A stretch of 64,000 nucleotides of DNA from Thermoanaerobaculia bacterium. GTDB taxonomy: Bacteria > Acidobacteriota > Thermoanaerobaculia > Gp7-AA8. Shown here in pieces: positions 18,448 through 29,295 of the stretch; positions within the stretch are counted from its first letter, which is position 1, and every line of letters starts with the position of its first letter. The stretch spans positions 3,412-67,411 of the forward strand of contig DATKCD010000013.1 of assembly GCA_035544735.1 (NCBI GenBank), written 5' to 3'. Both the position numbers and the translations under genes were made by a program. A model generated the notes under the pieces. The model was given only the letters and a program-made list of their open reading frames with translations. It did no database searches and was not told where the DNA came from.

Positions 18448-18726
18448 TCAGACGGCGATCTCCGGATCCTCCGGCATCCGCCGCAGCACCTCGGCCGCCA
18501 CGCTCTCGGGCTTCGCGTCGCCGCAGCGGATCGCGATGGCCCGCAGATCCTTCCGGGCCTGATGCATCGCCTCGCCATGCTTCGGAAGCCCGGGGGGGCA
18601 GATCGTCTCGGGAGGTGCGAGATAGAGTGCGAAGATCTGCGCGAATCGCCGGCGATCCTGCTCCAACACTTCGTTGGCGAGAAGCCTCAGCACGGCGAGA
18701 AGCGGCATCCCCGAGAGGTTTCGCAT
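18448..18726 (-). CDS. Small hypothetical protein
   Basis: ATG at 18726 (MRNLSGMPLL...). Strongly G/C-biased third positions. Confidence 0.35.
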   Translation of the reverse strand: MRNLSGMPLLAVLRLLANEVLEQDRRRFAQIFALYLAPPETICPPGLPKHGEAMHQARKDLRAIAIRCGDAKPESVAAEVLRRMPEDPEIAV

Positions 18727-18830
18727 CTGTGCGCTCCCTGCCGAACACAATCGGCTTTTCGCGCGCGATGCGCCAGACCTTTCGATGACGGAGCGCCGCG
18801 GCACACCGATTTACGGAAAGCAGCAGAGCC

Positions 18831-19313
18831 TCAGTCCCCGGCGCAGCGGGGACCGAGGATGGGGCGGTCGCCGCGACGCTGCGCCCGGCGCTCGCGGAAC
18901 TGCTCGTACTTCTCTTTCTGCCCGGGGGTGAGCAGCGCGACGAACTGCGCCTCCCCCTCGCTGCGGATGGCGCAGATCTGGTCACCGATCTCGTGACTGG
19001 CGATGACGAGCCGGCCGATCGCCTCGGCGCTCAGGCTCCCGCCGTCGATCTCGGCTCGGATCGCCTCGCGGTTCGCGCGCCGTTGCGCGGCGAGCGGTTC
19101 GATCGCCGTCCGCGTCGCCTCCCGAATCGCCTTCGACTGGGCGATCTGCTCATCGGTCAGCTCGAGAAATGAGGCGAGCCTCTCGCCCCCGCCCGACCCG
19201 GGCCCGCCATGCGGGCGCCGCGCCCCCGGACGCCCCGGCCCCTGCGCGAGAGCCGCCATCGTCACGGCGAGGATTGCAATGCTGGAGAATGTCGCGATTC
19301 GTACTCTGGTCAT
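18831..19313 (-). CDS. Periplasmic Spy/CpxP-family (LTXXQ) stress protein
   Basis: Start refined to MTRVRIATFSS. Signal peptide. LTDEQ and LTPGQ motifs. Confidence 0.65.
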   Translation of the reverse strand: MTRVRIATFSSIAILAVTMAALAQGPGRPGARRPHGGPGSGGGERLASFLELTDEQIAQSKAIREATRTAIEPLAAQRRANREAIRAEIDGGSLSAEAIGRLVIASHEIGDQICAIRSEGEAQFVALLTPGQKEKYEQFRERRAQRRGDRPILGPRCAGD

Positions 19314-19457
19314 GGTCGATCTCCTCGTCGATTGGACGCCGAGGGCGGCCGCGCGTTTACCCCGTCGAGTCGGAGAAGTCGGATCGAACCGTCCGAACGA
19401 GATCGCGTCCCAACCATCCCGTCGGTCCGGTTTCGGCTCTCTGGTACTCTTGCGCGC

Positions 19458-19841
19458 ATGAACGACAAGCCGAAGACGGGAGCGATCGTCTGGACGGATC
19501 TGACCGTCCCGGATGCCGACGCGATCCGCGACTTCTATTCGAGCGTAGTCGGATGGCGCCCTGAAGCGGTCGACATGGGCGGCTACAGCGACTACAACAT
19601 GGCCGGCGCGAACGGCGAGCCGGCGGCGGGAGTCTGCTGGGCTCGCGGGAGCAACGCCGACCTTCCGGCCCAGTGGCTCGTCTACGTCACGGTCGCCGAT
19701 CTCGACGCGAGCCTGGCTGAGTGCTCGAAGCGCGGCGGGGACCTCGTCGCCGGGCCGAAGTCGATGGGAACGCACCGCTACGCCGTCATCCGCGATCCCG
19801 CCGGCGCGGTCTGCGCCCTCATCGAGCCCGCCGGGGAGTGA
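19458..19841 (+). CDS. VOC-family (glyoxalase/bleomycin-resistance fold) protein
   Basis: Start refined to MNDKPKTGAIVWTDLTV. Single-module VOC pattern. Confidence 0.65.
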   Translation: MNDKPKTGAIVWTDLTVPDADAIRDFYSSVVGWRPEAVDMGGYSDYNMAGANGEPAAGVCWARGSNADLPAQWLVYVTVADLDASLAECSKRGGDLVAGPKSMGTHRYAVIRDPAGAVCALIEPAGE

Positions 19842-19894
19842 GGCGAAACGGAGCGTGAAGACCGGAGGTTCGTGAGAGGGCGAGCTTCGAGGAG

Positions 19895-20445
19895 CGCCGC
19901 TTCGCGGCAAATGCAGAATGCAAAATGTAAAAGAGTGTCGCGATAGTTCGGGCGGTCAGTGCGCTCCCGAATGATCATGACCCGGAAGGCTTCTCACGGA
20001 ATCGGGGGCCGAGTCGTAGGAGTCCGCCGGCCGCAAGGCCGGCCCCTCTCCCGGTGGGAGAGGGTGCCGAGCGAAGCGAGGCGGGTGAGGGGCGCGGGCG
20101 GTGACGGAGTGACCGTACGCACGACGGACGAAGCGGAGCAACTGCGCGCGCCGCGAGCTTCGCGCGAGGCGAGCGGGCGGAGAATCCCCTCACCCGCCTG
20201 CGCCTCCCTTCGGTCGGCTCCGGCACCCTCTCCCAGAGGGAGAGGGGCGTCTCGCGCAGCCTGAGCCGAGTGCGAAAGGGACCTCATGCCACGGAGTCAG
20301 ATCGAGAAGGCGCTGCGCATGCGCGGACGTGCCGAGGCGAAGGAAAGTCATCACACTCGAGCGCGCTGACCGCCGGGAACCAGCGTGACGTCCTTTTACA
20401 TTTTGCATTTTGCATTCTGCATTCTGCATTTGCCGCGAAGCGGCG
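19895..20445. repeat. MITE-like element E
   Basis: Left end CGCCGCTTCGCGGCAAATGCAGAATGCAAAATGTAAAAG. The right end is its reverse complement with two extra heptamer units. The core has nested palindromes: CCCTCTCCCGGTGGGAGAGGG(TGCC) at 20040-20065 pairs with (GGCA)CCCTCTCCCAGAGGGAGAGGG at 20222-20250, and GCGAGGCGGGTGAGGGGCG pairs with CGCCCCTCACCCGCCTGCGC. No plausible ORF inside. Confidence 0.7.
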
Positions 20446-20482
20446 TTCCCGTACCGCCTCCCTCCTCCACAACCCGGAGGGG

Positions 20483-22165
<1,683 letters not shown>

Positions 22166-22334
22166 CGGCTCCCCGATCCCCCGGCCCGCGGGCGCGGAAT
22201 GAATCGGGGAGTCTACAACGCGCCGCCGGACGGCGGTATGCCGGCTCCGTCCGCCAGACGGCGAGGTCAGCCCGATACCGACAATGCGCCCGTTCGACTC
22301 GTATAGAATTCAGGAAACTCCGGAACCCTCCCCC

Positions 22335-24596
22335 ATGCCAAGGCTCTTCGTCCTCGTTCTCCTTCTCGCAGCCACGTCACCGGAACCGCTCCAGGCCGTC
22401 CCGATTCTCACTCCCGTCGGACCCGACCGCCCGCTCTCGATCTCCCCGCCGGCTCCTCATGGGCGCAGCCCGAATCTGGCGAGCAGCGGCGAGGTCGTTC
22501 TCGCCGTCTGGGTCGATCCCCGCTCGCGCGTTCGACTTCCGAACAGCTTCGAAGTCCTCGACCGGGTCCGGGCGGCGCGGTTCACGAGCCGCGGCGAACG
22601 GCTCGACGCGATTCCGATCGAGCTCGGCGAGACCTTTCGCGGACCTGCTCAGGCGCTCTGGACGGGTCGATCGTTTCTCGTGATCTGGCCGACAGGCGCA
22701 CAGACTTCGTGGGCGGAGCTCGACGAGGCTGGCCGAATCATGCGGCGGGGCGCGCTCCCGACCGGCGGAAACGTCGAGCTGACGGCGGCATCCGACGGAA
22801 CGGGGAGTCTCGTCGCCTCCGTCCGAGCCGTCCGTGGAGGGCAGGCCGAGAACTTCACGCTCCTCGATCTTTGGGAGATCCCGTTCGCGGGGGCTCCGCG
22901 CCGGACGGCCGAGGCGGGATTTCCTTCGTTCCTCGCGAGCCGCGCAGTTCTCCGCGCGCGCGGTGAGGAGTACGTCCTGTTCCTGTCGGGGACGAGCTCG
23001 ACGCCGGAAACCCACGCGCTGACGATTTCGGCCGAGGGCGAAGTCGTCTCCCGACACGTCGAAGCCGAGGGACGGCCGTTCGGAGAGAGCTCGTTCGATC
23101 TCGTTTCAATCGCCGAGGGCTTCCTGGTCGCCTCCGAGGGCCTCGAGCTCCGAAAGGTCGATGCGGAGGGGCGCGCGATCGGTGAGGCGTGGACGATTCC
23201 CGCCGCGGACGGTTCCGGGGAGCCGGAGCCCGGTTCGGAGCCGCGGATCGTCGCCGCGGGCGGCGGGTTCGTTCTCGCGTACCAGGTGGTGACCGAGTTG
23301 ATCCTCTGCGGCATCGTATGTGAGCGCCGGTACGACGTGAGGCGGGTCGAGCTCGATGGAGAGGGGCAGCCGCTCGATCTTCCCCGTCCGATCGCAGAAG
23401 GACCCGGATCGCAGCGCCTCGCCGATCTCGTCGGCCTGCACGACCGCGTCGCCGCCGCGTGGAGCGATGGGCTCGACGATACGGTTCGCGCCGCGTTGGT
23501 TCGCGGAGAGGACGTGCAACCGGTCGAGTTCGCTCCCGGGGCGGTCGATCAGGGTGCCGTCGCATTCGAGACCAGCGGCACGCTCTCGCTCGCCGCGTGG
23601 GCCGAGCGTCGCGACGGCACCGAGATCCGCGCCACCCGCGTCGGACCGACCGGGGTCCCTCTCGACCTCGAAGGGATTCTCATCGGATCCACGACGTTCC
23701 CTCGGTTCGAGGAGGCCCGAGCGCCGCGCATCGCACCTCTCCCGGACGGATTCCTGGTCGCCTGGATCGATTCGGACTATTCGGGGCGGGATCTCGTCAG
23801 CAGGACGGTCGGGCTCGACGGGACCGTCGGTCCGGAACGCCGAATCATCGAAAGACCTTCGGGGAACGCGTTCGACGTCGTCGGCCGTGGCGACCGGACC
23901 CTCGTGTTCCATGCACGCCTGGGAGAGGGGATTCTCGCGCGCGACGTATCGAGCACGGCGATCGGCACCGACGAGCTCGTCGTTCCGCTCGCGGGCGCGG
24001 TGGAGGAGATCGAAGCCTCACGCCAGGGTGACCGCATCCTGCTCGTATGGATCGAAGACAACGAGATCGGCGGCCGGCTCCTCGACCTCGACGGAAGGCC
24101 GCTTTCCGCGCCCTTCGCGATCGCGACCGGGCCGGGAGAGAGACATTCGCTCTCCGTGGTGACGGACGGACGGCAGTGGTTCGTTCTCTGGCGGGACCGA
24201 GACGAGATCCGAGCCGCGCCCCTCTCCCTCTCCGGAGCTCTGCTCGACGTCACACCCTCCGTGGGAGGAATCTCGCTGGGGCGATCGATCGGCCCCGCCG
24301 CGCTTCTCTGGGACGGCCGGCATCTGCTCGTGCTGAACGACAACGCCTCGCCGACCGATCTTCGGCTCACGGTCCGCAAATTCGATCCGTCCACCTCGCT
24401 GGCCACCCAGAATCCGGCGACGCTTGTCGTACCGACGGACGGAGCGAACGTCCTGGGAGCCGCCGGAAGGGTGGACGGCGACCGCTGGATCCTCGTCGAG
24501 CGGCGGGCGCCCGGAGAAGCCTCGTTCGACGGAGCGCTCCGTCTGTTCCTGAGGCCCGTCGGCCAGTCGCTTCGCTCGCGCCCCGCTCGTCGATGA
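22335..24596 (+). CDS. Large secreted repeat protein (beta-propeller-like blades, unknown function)
   Basis: Start at MPRLFVLVLLLAATS (signal peptide). A roughly 45-aa unit recurs at least 8 times: hh(A/V)W.D......R..GLDG (e.g. LAVWVDPRS, FLVIWPTG, FLVAWIDSD, ILLVWIEDN, WFVLWRDRD). Confidence 0.55.
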   Translation: MPRLFVLVLLLAATSPEPLQAVPILTPVGPDRPLSISPPAPHGRSPNLASSGEVVLAVWVDPRSRVRLPNSFEVLDRVRAARFTSRGERLDAIPIELGETFRGPAQALWTGRSFLVIWPTGAQTSWAELDEAGRIMRRGALPTGGNVELTAASDGTGSLVASVRAVRGGQAENFTLLDLWEIPFAGAPRRTAEAGFPSFLASRAVLRARGEEYVLFLSGTSSTPETHALTISAEGEVVSRHVEAEGRPFGESSFDLVSIAEGFLVASEGLELRKVDAEGRAIGEAWTIPAADGSGEPEPGSEPRIVAAGGGFVLAYQVVTELILCGIVCERRYDVRRVELDGEGQPLDLPRPIAEGPGSQRLADLVGLHDRVAAAWSDGLDDTVRAALVRGEDVQPVEFAPGAVDQGAVAFETSGTLSLAAWAERRDGTEIRATRVGPTGVPLDLEGILIGSTTFPRFEEARAPRIAPLPDGFLVAWIDSDYSGRDLVSRTVGLDGTVGPERRIIERPSGNAFDVVGRGDRTLVFHARLGEGILARDVSSTAIGTDELVVPLAGAVEEIEASRQGDRILLVWIEDNEIGGRLLDLDGRPLSAPFAIATGPGERHSLSVVTDGRQWFVLWRDRDEIRAAPLSLSGALLDVTPSVGGISLGRSIGPAALLWDGRHLLVLNDNASPTDLRLTVRKFDPSTSLATQNPATLVVPTDGANVLGAAGRVDGDRWILVERRAPGEASFDGALRLFLRPVGQSLRSRPARR

Positions 24597-24650
24597 CGGC
24601 GCCGCGATCGCCCCCTTGCCTCCGCACGCCCCTCTCCCTATCGTGTCGGC

Positions 24651-25247
24651 ATGCGACCGACGATCGCGCTTCTGGTTCCTCTCCTTTTCCTCGGCTGCGC
24701 GGCCGAGGAGCCGCCGGCCGGGGCGCCGTCTGAATCGGCGACCGCCCCGATTCCCCCTCCGCCGACCGTCGACGAGGCGAGGACCCTCATCGCCGAGGCG
24801 CAGGCGTTCGGCGACTACCAGTTCAGCACCGGGGCCTCGTTCTCGATCCCGATGGACTCGACCCGGTTCAACGAGCCCGCCCGCACCGGCGCCCGCGATC
24901 TCGAGAAGGGGGGATGGATCCGCGTCCGCGGCGGCCGGGTCGAGCTGACGCCGAAGGCGGCCGGCGACAAGCGCTTTCTCGTCCGCCCCAACGATTTTCT
25001 CGACATCGTCCCGCTCGCGCGCAAGGAACTGCTCGAGATTCAGCAGATCCGCGCGACCCCGGAAGGAGCGGCGGTCGAGCTCACCTGGCGCTGGATCCCG
25101 AACGAGGTCGGCGAGTCCTTCACGGAAGGAGTGGTGAAGGAGCGCTTCGAGGCTACGCATGCCGCGACGGCGAGCCTTCAGGACCTCGGCAGCGGCTGGG
25201 AAGTCATGCTGATCGAGCGGCTCGCCGAGGAGGCGGCCGAAAACTGA
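24651..25247 (+). CDS. Hypothetical lipoprotein
   Basis: 198 aa. Lipobox LFLGC. Confidence 0.55.
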   Translation: MRPTIALLVPLLFLGCAAEEPPAGAPSESATAPIPPPPTVDEARTLIAEAQAFGDYQFSTGASFSIPMDSTRFNEPARTGARDLEKGGWIRVRGGRVELTPKAAGDKRFLVRPNDFLDIVPLARKELLEIQQIRATPEGAAVELTWRWIPNEVGESFTEGVVKERFEATHAATASLQDLGSGWEVMLIERLAEEAAEN

Positions 25248-25365
25248 CCGCATCGCTCGAGGCTTGCCCCGTTCTTGCACGTGCGATCCCGTTCGCGTAC
25301 CGCGACCGGCGAGACGCCGGCCGTACGAGAGCCCGTCAACAAGAGGATCACGAAGGAGAACGATC

Positions 25366-26166
25366 ATGCGAACGCCCTTCCTCATCGCCCTCGGCCTCTG
25401 GCTCGCCGTCGCCTGCACCAATGCGACCGAGGTCGGCTCGCCCGCTGCGCGCCTCGAGACGACTCCGCGCCATCACGAGTGGGCGGCGATCCCGAGCGCC
25501 GGACGGACGCTCCACGCGTACCTCGCCTATCCCGAGCGCGCCGACCGCGCGCCGGCGGTGCTCGTGATCCACGAGAACCGGGGGCTCACCGATTGGGTGC
25601 GCAGCGTCGCCGACCAGCTCGCCGAGCGCGGCTACCTCGCGATCGCTCCCGACATGCTCTCGGGCGATGCTCCGGGCGGCGGGCGGACGAGCGACTTAGC
25701 CTCCGAGGATGCGGCGCGGGAGGCGATCTCGAGGCTGCAGCCGGCGAGAGTGCGGGAAGACCTTCGCAGGGCCGCCGACTACGTCCGCTCGCTTCCGTCG
25801 GCCAGCGGCACGCTGTACGTCGCGGGATTCTGCTGGGGAGGCGCGCGTACGTGGGAAGTCGCGAACGATTACGACCCGATCGCCGGAGCGTTCGTCTTCT
25901 ACGGAACGGGACCGCGCGAGGCGTCTGGCATTGCCGGGATCGACGCGCCGGTCTACGGTTTGTACGGCGGGAACGACGCCCGGGTCAACGCGACGATCGA
26001 TGCGAGCGCGCGCCTGATGCGCGAGGCGGGAAAGACGTTCGATCCGGTCGTCTACGACGGAGCCGGTCATGCGTTCATGCGCATCGGCGAACAGCCCGAC
26101 GCGAGCGAAGCGAACCGTCGCGCCCGCGACCAGGCGTGGTCGCGCTGGCTCGCCCTCATGCGGTGA
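25366..26166 (+). CDS. Dienelactone-hydrolase-family alpha/beta hydrolase (lipoprotein)
   Basis: AAGGAG upstream. Lipobox LAVAC. Nucleophile elbow GFCWGG. Catalytic His in GAGHAF. Confidence 0.75.
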   Translation: MRTPFLIALGLWLAVACTNATEVGSPAARLETTPRHHEWAAIPSAGRTLHAYLAYPERADRAPAVLVIHENRGLTDWVRSVADQLAERGYLAIAPDMLSGDAPGGGRTSDLASEDAAREAISRLQPARVREDLRRAADYVRSLPSASGTLYVAGFCWGGARTWEVANDYDPIAGAFVFYGTGPREASGIAGIDAPVYGLYGGNDARVNATIDASARLMREAGKTFDPVVYDGAGHAFMRIGEQPDASEANRRARDQAWSRWLALMR

Positions 26167-26202
26167 CGAATTGCCGCGGCCCGATTTCCGCTACCATGGA
26201 CC

Positions 26203-26715
26203 ATGCTTCGGGCCCGGGATGAAGAGATCGGACGCACGCCCGAGCTGGTGATCGCGACCCTGACCGACGCGCGCGAGGCCGACACGGCCCGCGCGGCGCT
26301 CGGCTCGGCCGGAATCGCGGCGCGCGTCACCACCATCGCCACTCCGAAGCTCGGAGCCGGCGGCGAGCGCGTCGACGTCAGGTTCGGCGTCTCCGTCGCA
26401 CCCCACGACGCCCGCCACGCCATCGAGATCCTCCACGCGCGCCTCACCTCGACCGACGGCGACGCCATCGAGCTCGATCTCGACGAGCCCCTCGAGCCTC
26501 CCCGCCACGTCCGTTGTCCCGAATGCGAATCCGAACAGGTCAGAACCACCTCGACCGTCATCGGCGCCCTTCTCGGCGCCGCCGTCCTCGCCGCCGTCGG
26601 CTGGGCCATCGGTCAGGAAGACGTCTTCTACCTCGCCGCCGTCATCGTCGCCCTCATCCTGGTCCTCGGTCCCAACCGCCGATGCCTCCAGTGCGGCCAT
26701 CGCTGGATGGAGTAG
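26203..26715 (+). CDS. DUF2007-like protein with C-terminal TM segment and Cys4 zinc-ribbon
   Basis: 170 aa. CPECES...CLQCGH. Confidence 0.5.
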   Translation: MLRARDEEIGRTPELVIATLTDAREADTARAALGSAGIAARVTTIATPKLGAGGERVDVRFGVSVAPHDARHAIEILHARLTSTDGDAIELDLDEPLEPPRHVRCPECESEQVRTTSTVIGALLGAAVLAAVGWAIGQEDVFYLAAVIVALILVLGPNRRCLQCGHRWME

Positions 26716-27144
26716 GAGCGTCTGGGGCGTCTGGAGCGTCTGGGGCGTCTGGAGCGTCTTGTGCGTCTAGGGCGTCTTGTGCGTCTTGGGCGTCTTGTGC
26801 GTCTCGGGCGTCTTGTGCGTCTAGGGCGTCTTGTGCGTCTTGTGCGTCTTGAGCGTCTAGGGCGTCTTGTGCGTCTTGAGCGTCTGGAGCGTCTAGGGCG
26901 TCTTGTGCGTCTTGAGCGTCTTGAGCGTCTGGAGCGTCTGGAGCGTTTTGAGCGTCTGGAGCGTCTGGACCATCTTGGGCGTCTGGCGCGGCACGGCCCG
27001 GTGCAGGTGAATCGATTCCAGACGCACGAGGAGCACGAGGCGCCCCAGACCCCCTAGACGCACAAGACGCTCTAGACGCTCTAGACGCCCTAGACGCCCT
27101 AGACGCCCTAGACGCACAAGACGCACAAGACGCTCAAGACGCCC
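26716..27144. repeat. Inverted 9-bp tandem-repeat element C (largest copy)
   Basis: About 30 direct GCGTCTNGN units (26716-26990). 60-bp spacer. About 10 reverse-complement units (27050-27144). Runs from the DUF2007 stop to the terC stop. Confidence 0.9.
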
Positions 27145-28138
27145 CATTTCCCGGCTCTTCGGGCTCTTCGATGGGGGGAAAGGCCCGCGGGTCGGGGAGG
27201 ACGTCGGCGGCGGGTCCGAGGCGGCGGGCGCGGATCACGGAGGCGAGCACGGCGAGCAGGAGCACGCCGAGAATCACCGACAAGGACGCGACGATGGGGA
27301 TCTTCACCCACTCGGAGACGACCATCTTGACGCCGACGAAGGTAAGGATGACGGCGAGTGCGGGGCGAAGGTAGTAGAAGCGGTCGATGACGCCGGCGAG
27401 AAGGAAGTAGAGAGCCCGGAGGCCGAGAATCGCGAAGACGTTGGATGTATAGACGATGAAGGGGTCGTGGGTAACGGCGAAGACGGCGGGGATGGAGTCG
27501 ACGGCGAAGATCAGATCGCTCGTCTCGATGACGATCAGCACGAGGACGAGCGGAGTGAGGACGACATTCCCGGCCGCATCCCTTATGTAGAATTTTTCTC
27601 CCTGATAGTCCGAGGTCATCGCGAAGCGCCGGCGCACGAGCTTCACGAGCGGGTTGTCGTCGATGTGGACCGAGTCCTCCTCCTTCTGGACGGCGATCTT
27701 GATTCCGGTGTAGATCAGGAAGAAGCCGAAGACGTAGATGATCCAGTGGAAGCGGACGATGAGGGCCGCGCCGATGCCGATCATGATCGCGCGCATGACG
27801 AAGGCGCCGAGAATGCCCCAGTAGAGGACGCGGTGCTGGAAGGCGGCAGGAACCCGGAACGCCGAGAAGATCAGAACGAAGACGAAGATGTTGTCGACGC
27901 TGAGCGACTTCTCGATGACGTATGCGGTGAAGTACTCGAGGGCGGGCTCGGGCCCCTTCCACCAGTAGACGACGGCGTTGAAGATCAGCGCGAGGGAGAT
28001 CCAGACGGCGCTCCAGGCGATCGCTTCGCGGATCGAGACCGCATGCGATTTCCGGTGGAAAACGCCGAGGTCGAGGGCGAGGACGCCCAGGACGAACACC
28101 GTGAAGATCACCCACGGAAGGACCGTGCTCAGCTCCAT
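27134..28138 (-). CDS. terC: TerC-family integral membrane protein
   Basis: 334 aa. Multiple TM helices with conserved charged residues (EKSLSVDNIFVF). Confidence 0.85.
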   Translation of the reverse strand: MELSTVLPWVIFTVFVLGVLALDLGVFHRKSHAVSIREAIAWSAVWISLALIFNAVVYWWKGPEPALEYFTAYVIEKSLSVDNIFVFVLIFSAFRVPAAFQHRVLYWGILGAFVMRAIMIGIGAALIVRFHWIIYVFGFFLIYTGIKIAVQKEEDSVHIDDNPLVKLVRRRFAMTSDYQGEKFYIRDAAGNVVLTPLVLVLIVIETSDLIFAVDSIPAVFAVTHDPFIVYTSNVFAILGLRALYFLLAGVIDRFYYLRPALAVILTFVGVKMVVSEWVKIPIVASLSVILGVLLLAVLASVIRARRLGPAADVLPDPRAFPPIEEPEEPGNGAS

Positions 28139-28254
28139 CTCGCCGATTCTCCAGTCATCTCGCGGTCCACCCGTTTCAAATCTCGTTCCGTGAAAGGCGT
28201 GCAGGAGGGGCGCGGCGAGCCGCCTGCCGGGGGGCGCCGCGGGCGGATTCTACC

Positions 28255-28596
28255 TCACGCGAGCGTGATGCCGCGGGAGAGATAGTCCGAGAAGGTGAGC
28301 ACGAACAACACGCCGAGCCAGACGAAGCTCCCGATGACGACGACCCAGATCAGATGCGTCGACCACCGGACGTGCATAAAGTAGAGAATCACGAGAGCCG
28401 CCTTGATCGAGGCGATCACCAGCGCGATCGGCGTGCTGAGCCATCCGAGATCGGCGTACGCCACGGCGACCGTCACCGCCGTCAGTGCCATCAGCGCAGC
28501 GAACACGCCGAAATAGATCGCGGGCGGAGTGACGTGGTGCATCCGCGCGGACTCGGTCTCGAGCTCCTGGTTGTGCTTCTGGTGGCGACGCTCCAT
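28255..28596 (-). CDS. ctaF: Cytochrome c oxidase subunit IV (bacterial caa3-type)
   Basis: 113 aa, 3 TM. Sits immediately downstream of subunit III. Confidence 0.65.
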   Translation of the reverse strand: MERRHQKHNQELETESARMHHVTPPAIYFGVFAALMALTAVTVAVAYADLGWLSTPIALVIASIKAALVILYFMHVRWSTHLIWVVVIGSFVWLGVLFVLTFSDYLSRGITLA

Positions 28597-28614
28597 GGCT
28601 CTCTCCTTGGTGGA

Positions 28615-29295
28615 CTACTGATGCCGCCCGATCAGGTAGAGCAGCGGGAACAGGAAAATCCAGACGATGTCGACGAAATGCCAGTACAGCCCCCCCGCTT
28701 CGATCGGCGAGTAGTACTCCGGGCCGAACTCCTTCTTCACGGCCCGGATCAGCAGCCACGCATAGATCCCGAGCCCGATGACCATGTGGAACGCGTGCAG
28801 CCCCGTCATGAAGAAGTAGAGGACGTAGAACATCTGCGCCTGGGCGGCGAGATGCGGCGCGCCCGGGAGCTGAAAGTGGTCGCCCGGAACGAGGTGATGC
28901 TCGAAGTGCTCGTGGTACTCGACGGCCTTGATCCCGAGGAATGCGAGGCCGAGCATCATGGTGATGACGAGCATCCAGACGAGCGCGCGCTGCCGGTTGG
29001 TCTGCGAGAAATAGACGCTCATCGCCACGGTGAGCGACGAGCAGATGAGGACCGCGGTGTTGATGCCCCCCAGAAGGATGTTCTGGTGCTCGCTCGCCGC
29101 GATGAACGCGTCGTAATAGAGCCACCGGTATAAGGTGTACGCCACGAACAGACCGCCGAAAAAGAGAATCTCGGTGGTCAGGAACAGCCACATCCCGAGC
29201 GAGGACGCCTCGTGCTGCTGGGCCATCGACTCGAAGTGATGCTGGAGTCGCGGATGGCCGTGATGCTCCTTCCCGGTGTGTGCCTCAGCGCTCAC
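28615..29295 (-). CDS. ctaE: Cytochrome c oxidase subunit III
   Basis: 226 aa. HHF...GMWLFL...[11 protein letters not shown]...YWHFVD motifs. GTG start. Confidence 0.9.
   Translation of the reverse strand: MSAEAHTGKEHHGHPRLQHHFESMAQQHEASSLGMWLFLTTEILFFGGLFVAYTLYRWLYYDAFIAASEHQNILLGGINTAVLICSSLTVAMSVYFSQTNRQRALVWMLVITMMLGLAFLGIKAVEYHEHFEHHLVPGDHFQLPGAPHLAAQAQMFYVLYFFMTGLHAFHMVIGLGIYAWLLIRAVKKEFGPEYYSPIEAGGLYWHFVDIVWIFLFPLLYLIGRHQ

Noticed and set aside
19959-20287. Small ORFs inside the MITE-like element E (19959-20264 +, 19975-20226 -, 19994-20287 -)
   Set aside because: Both strands give ORFs of equal length because the region is palindromic. Their translations are Arg-rich and not protein-like.
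26716-27144. CRISPR array hypothesis for the tandem-repeat loci (3258-3512, 6430-6669, 26716-27144, 45293-45738)
   Set aside because: The units are 9 bp and directly abutting, with no unique spacers and no 28-37-bp repeats. No cas genes are nearby. These are simple tandem repeats arranged as inverted arms.
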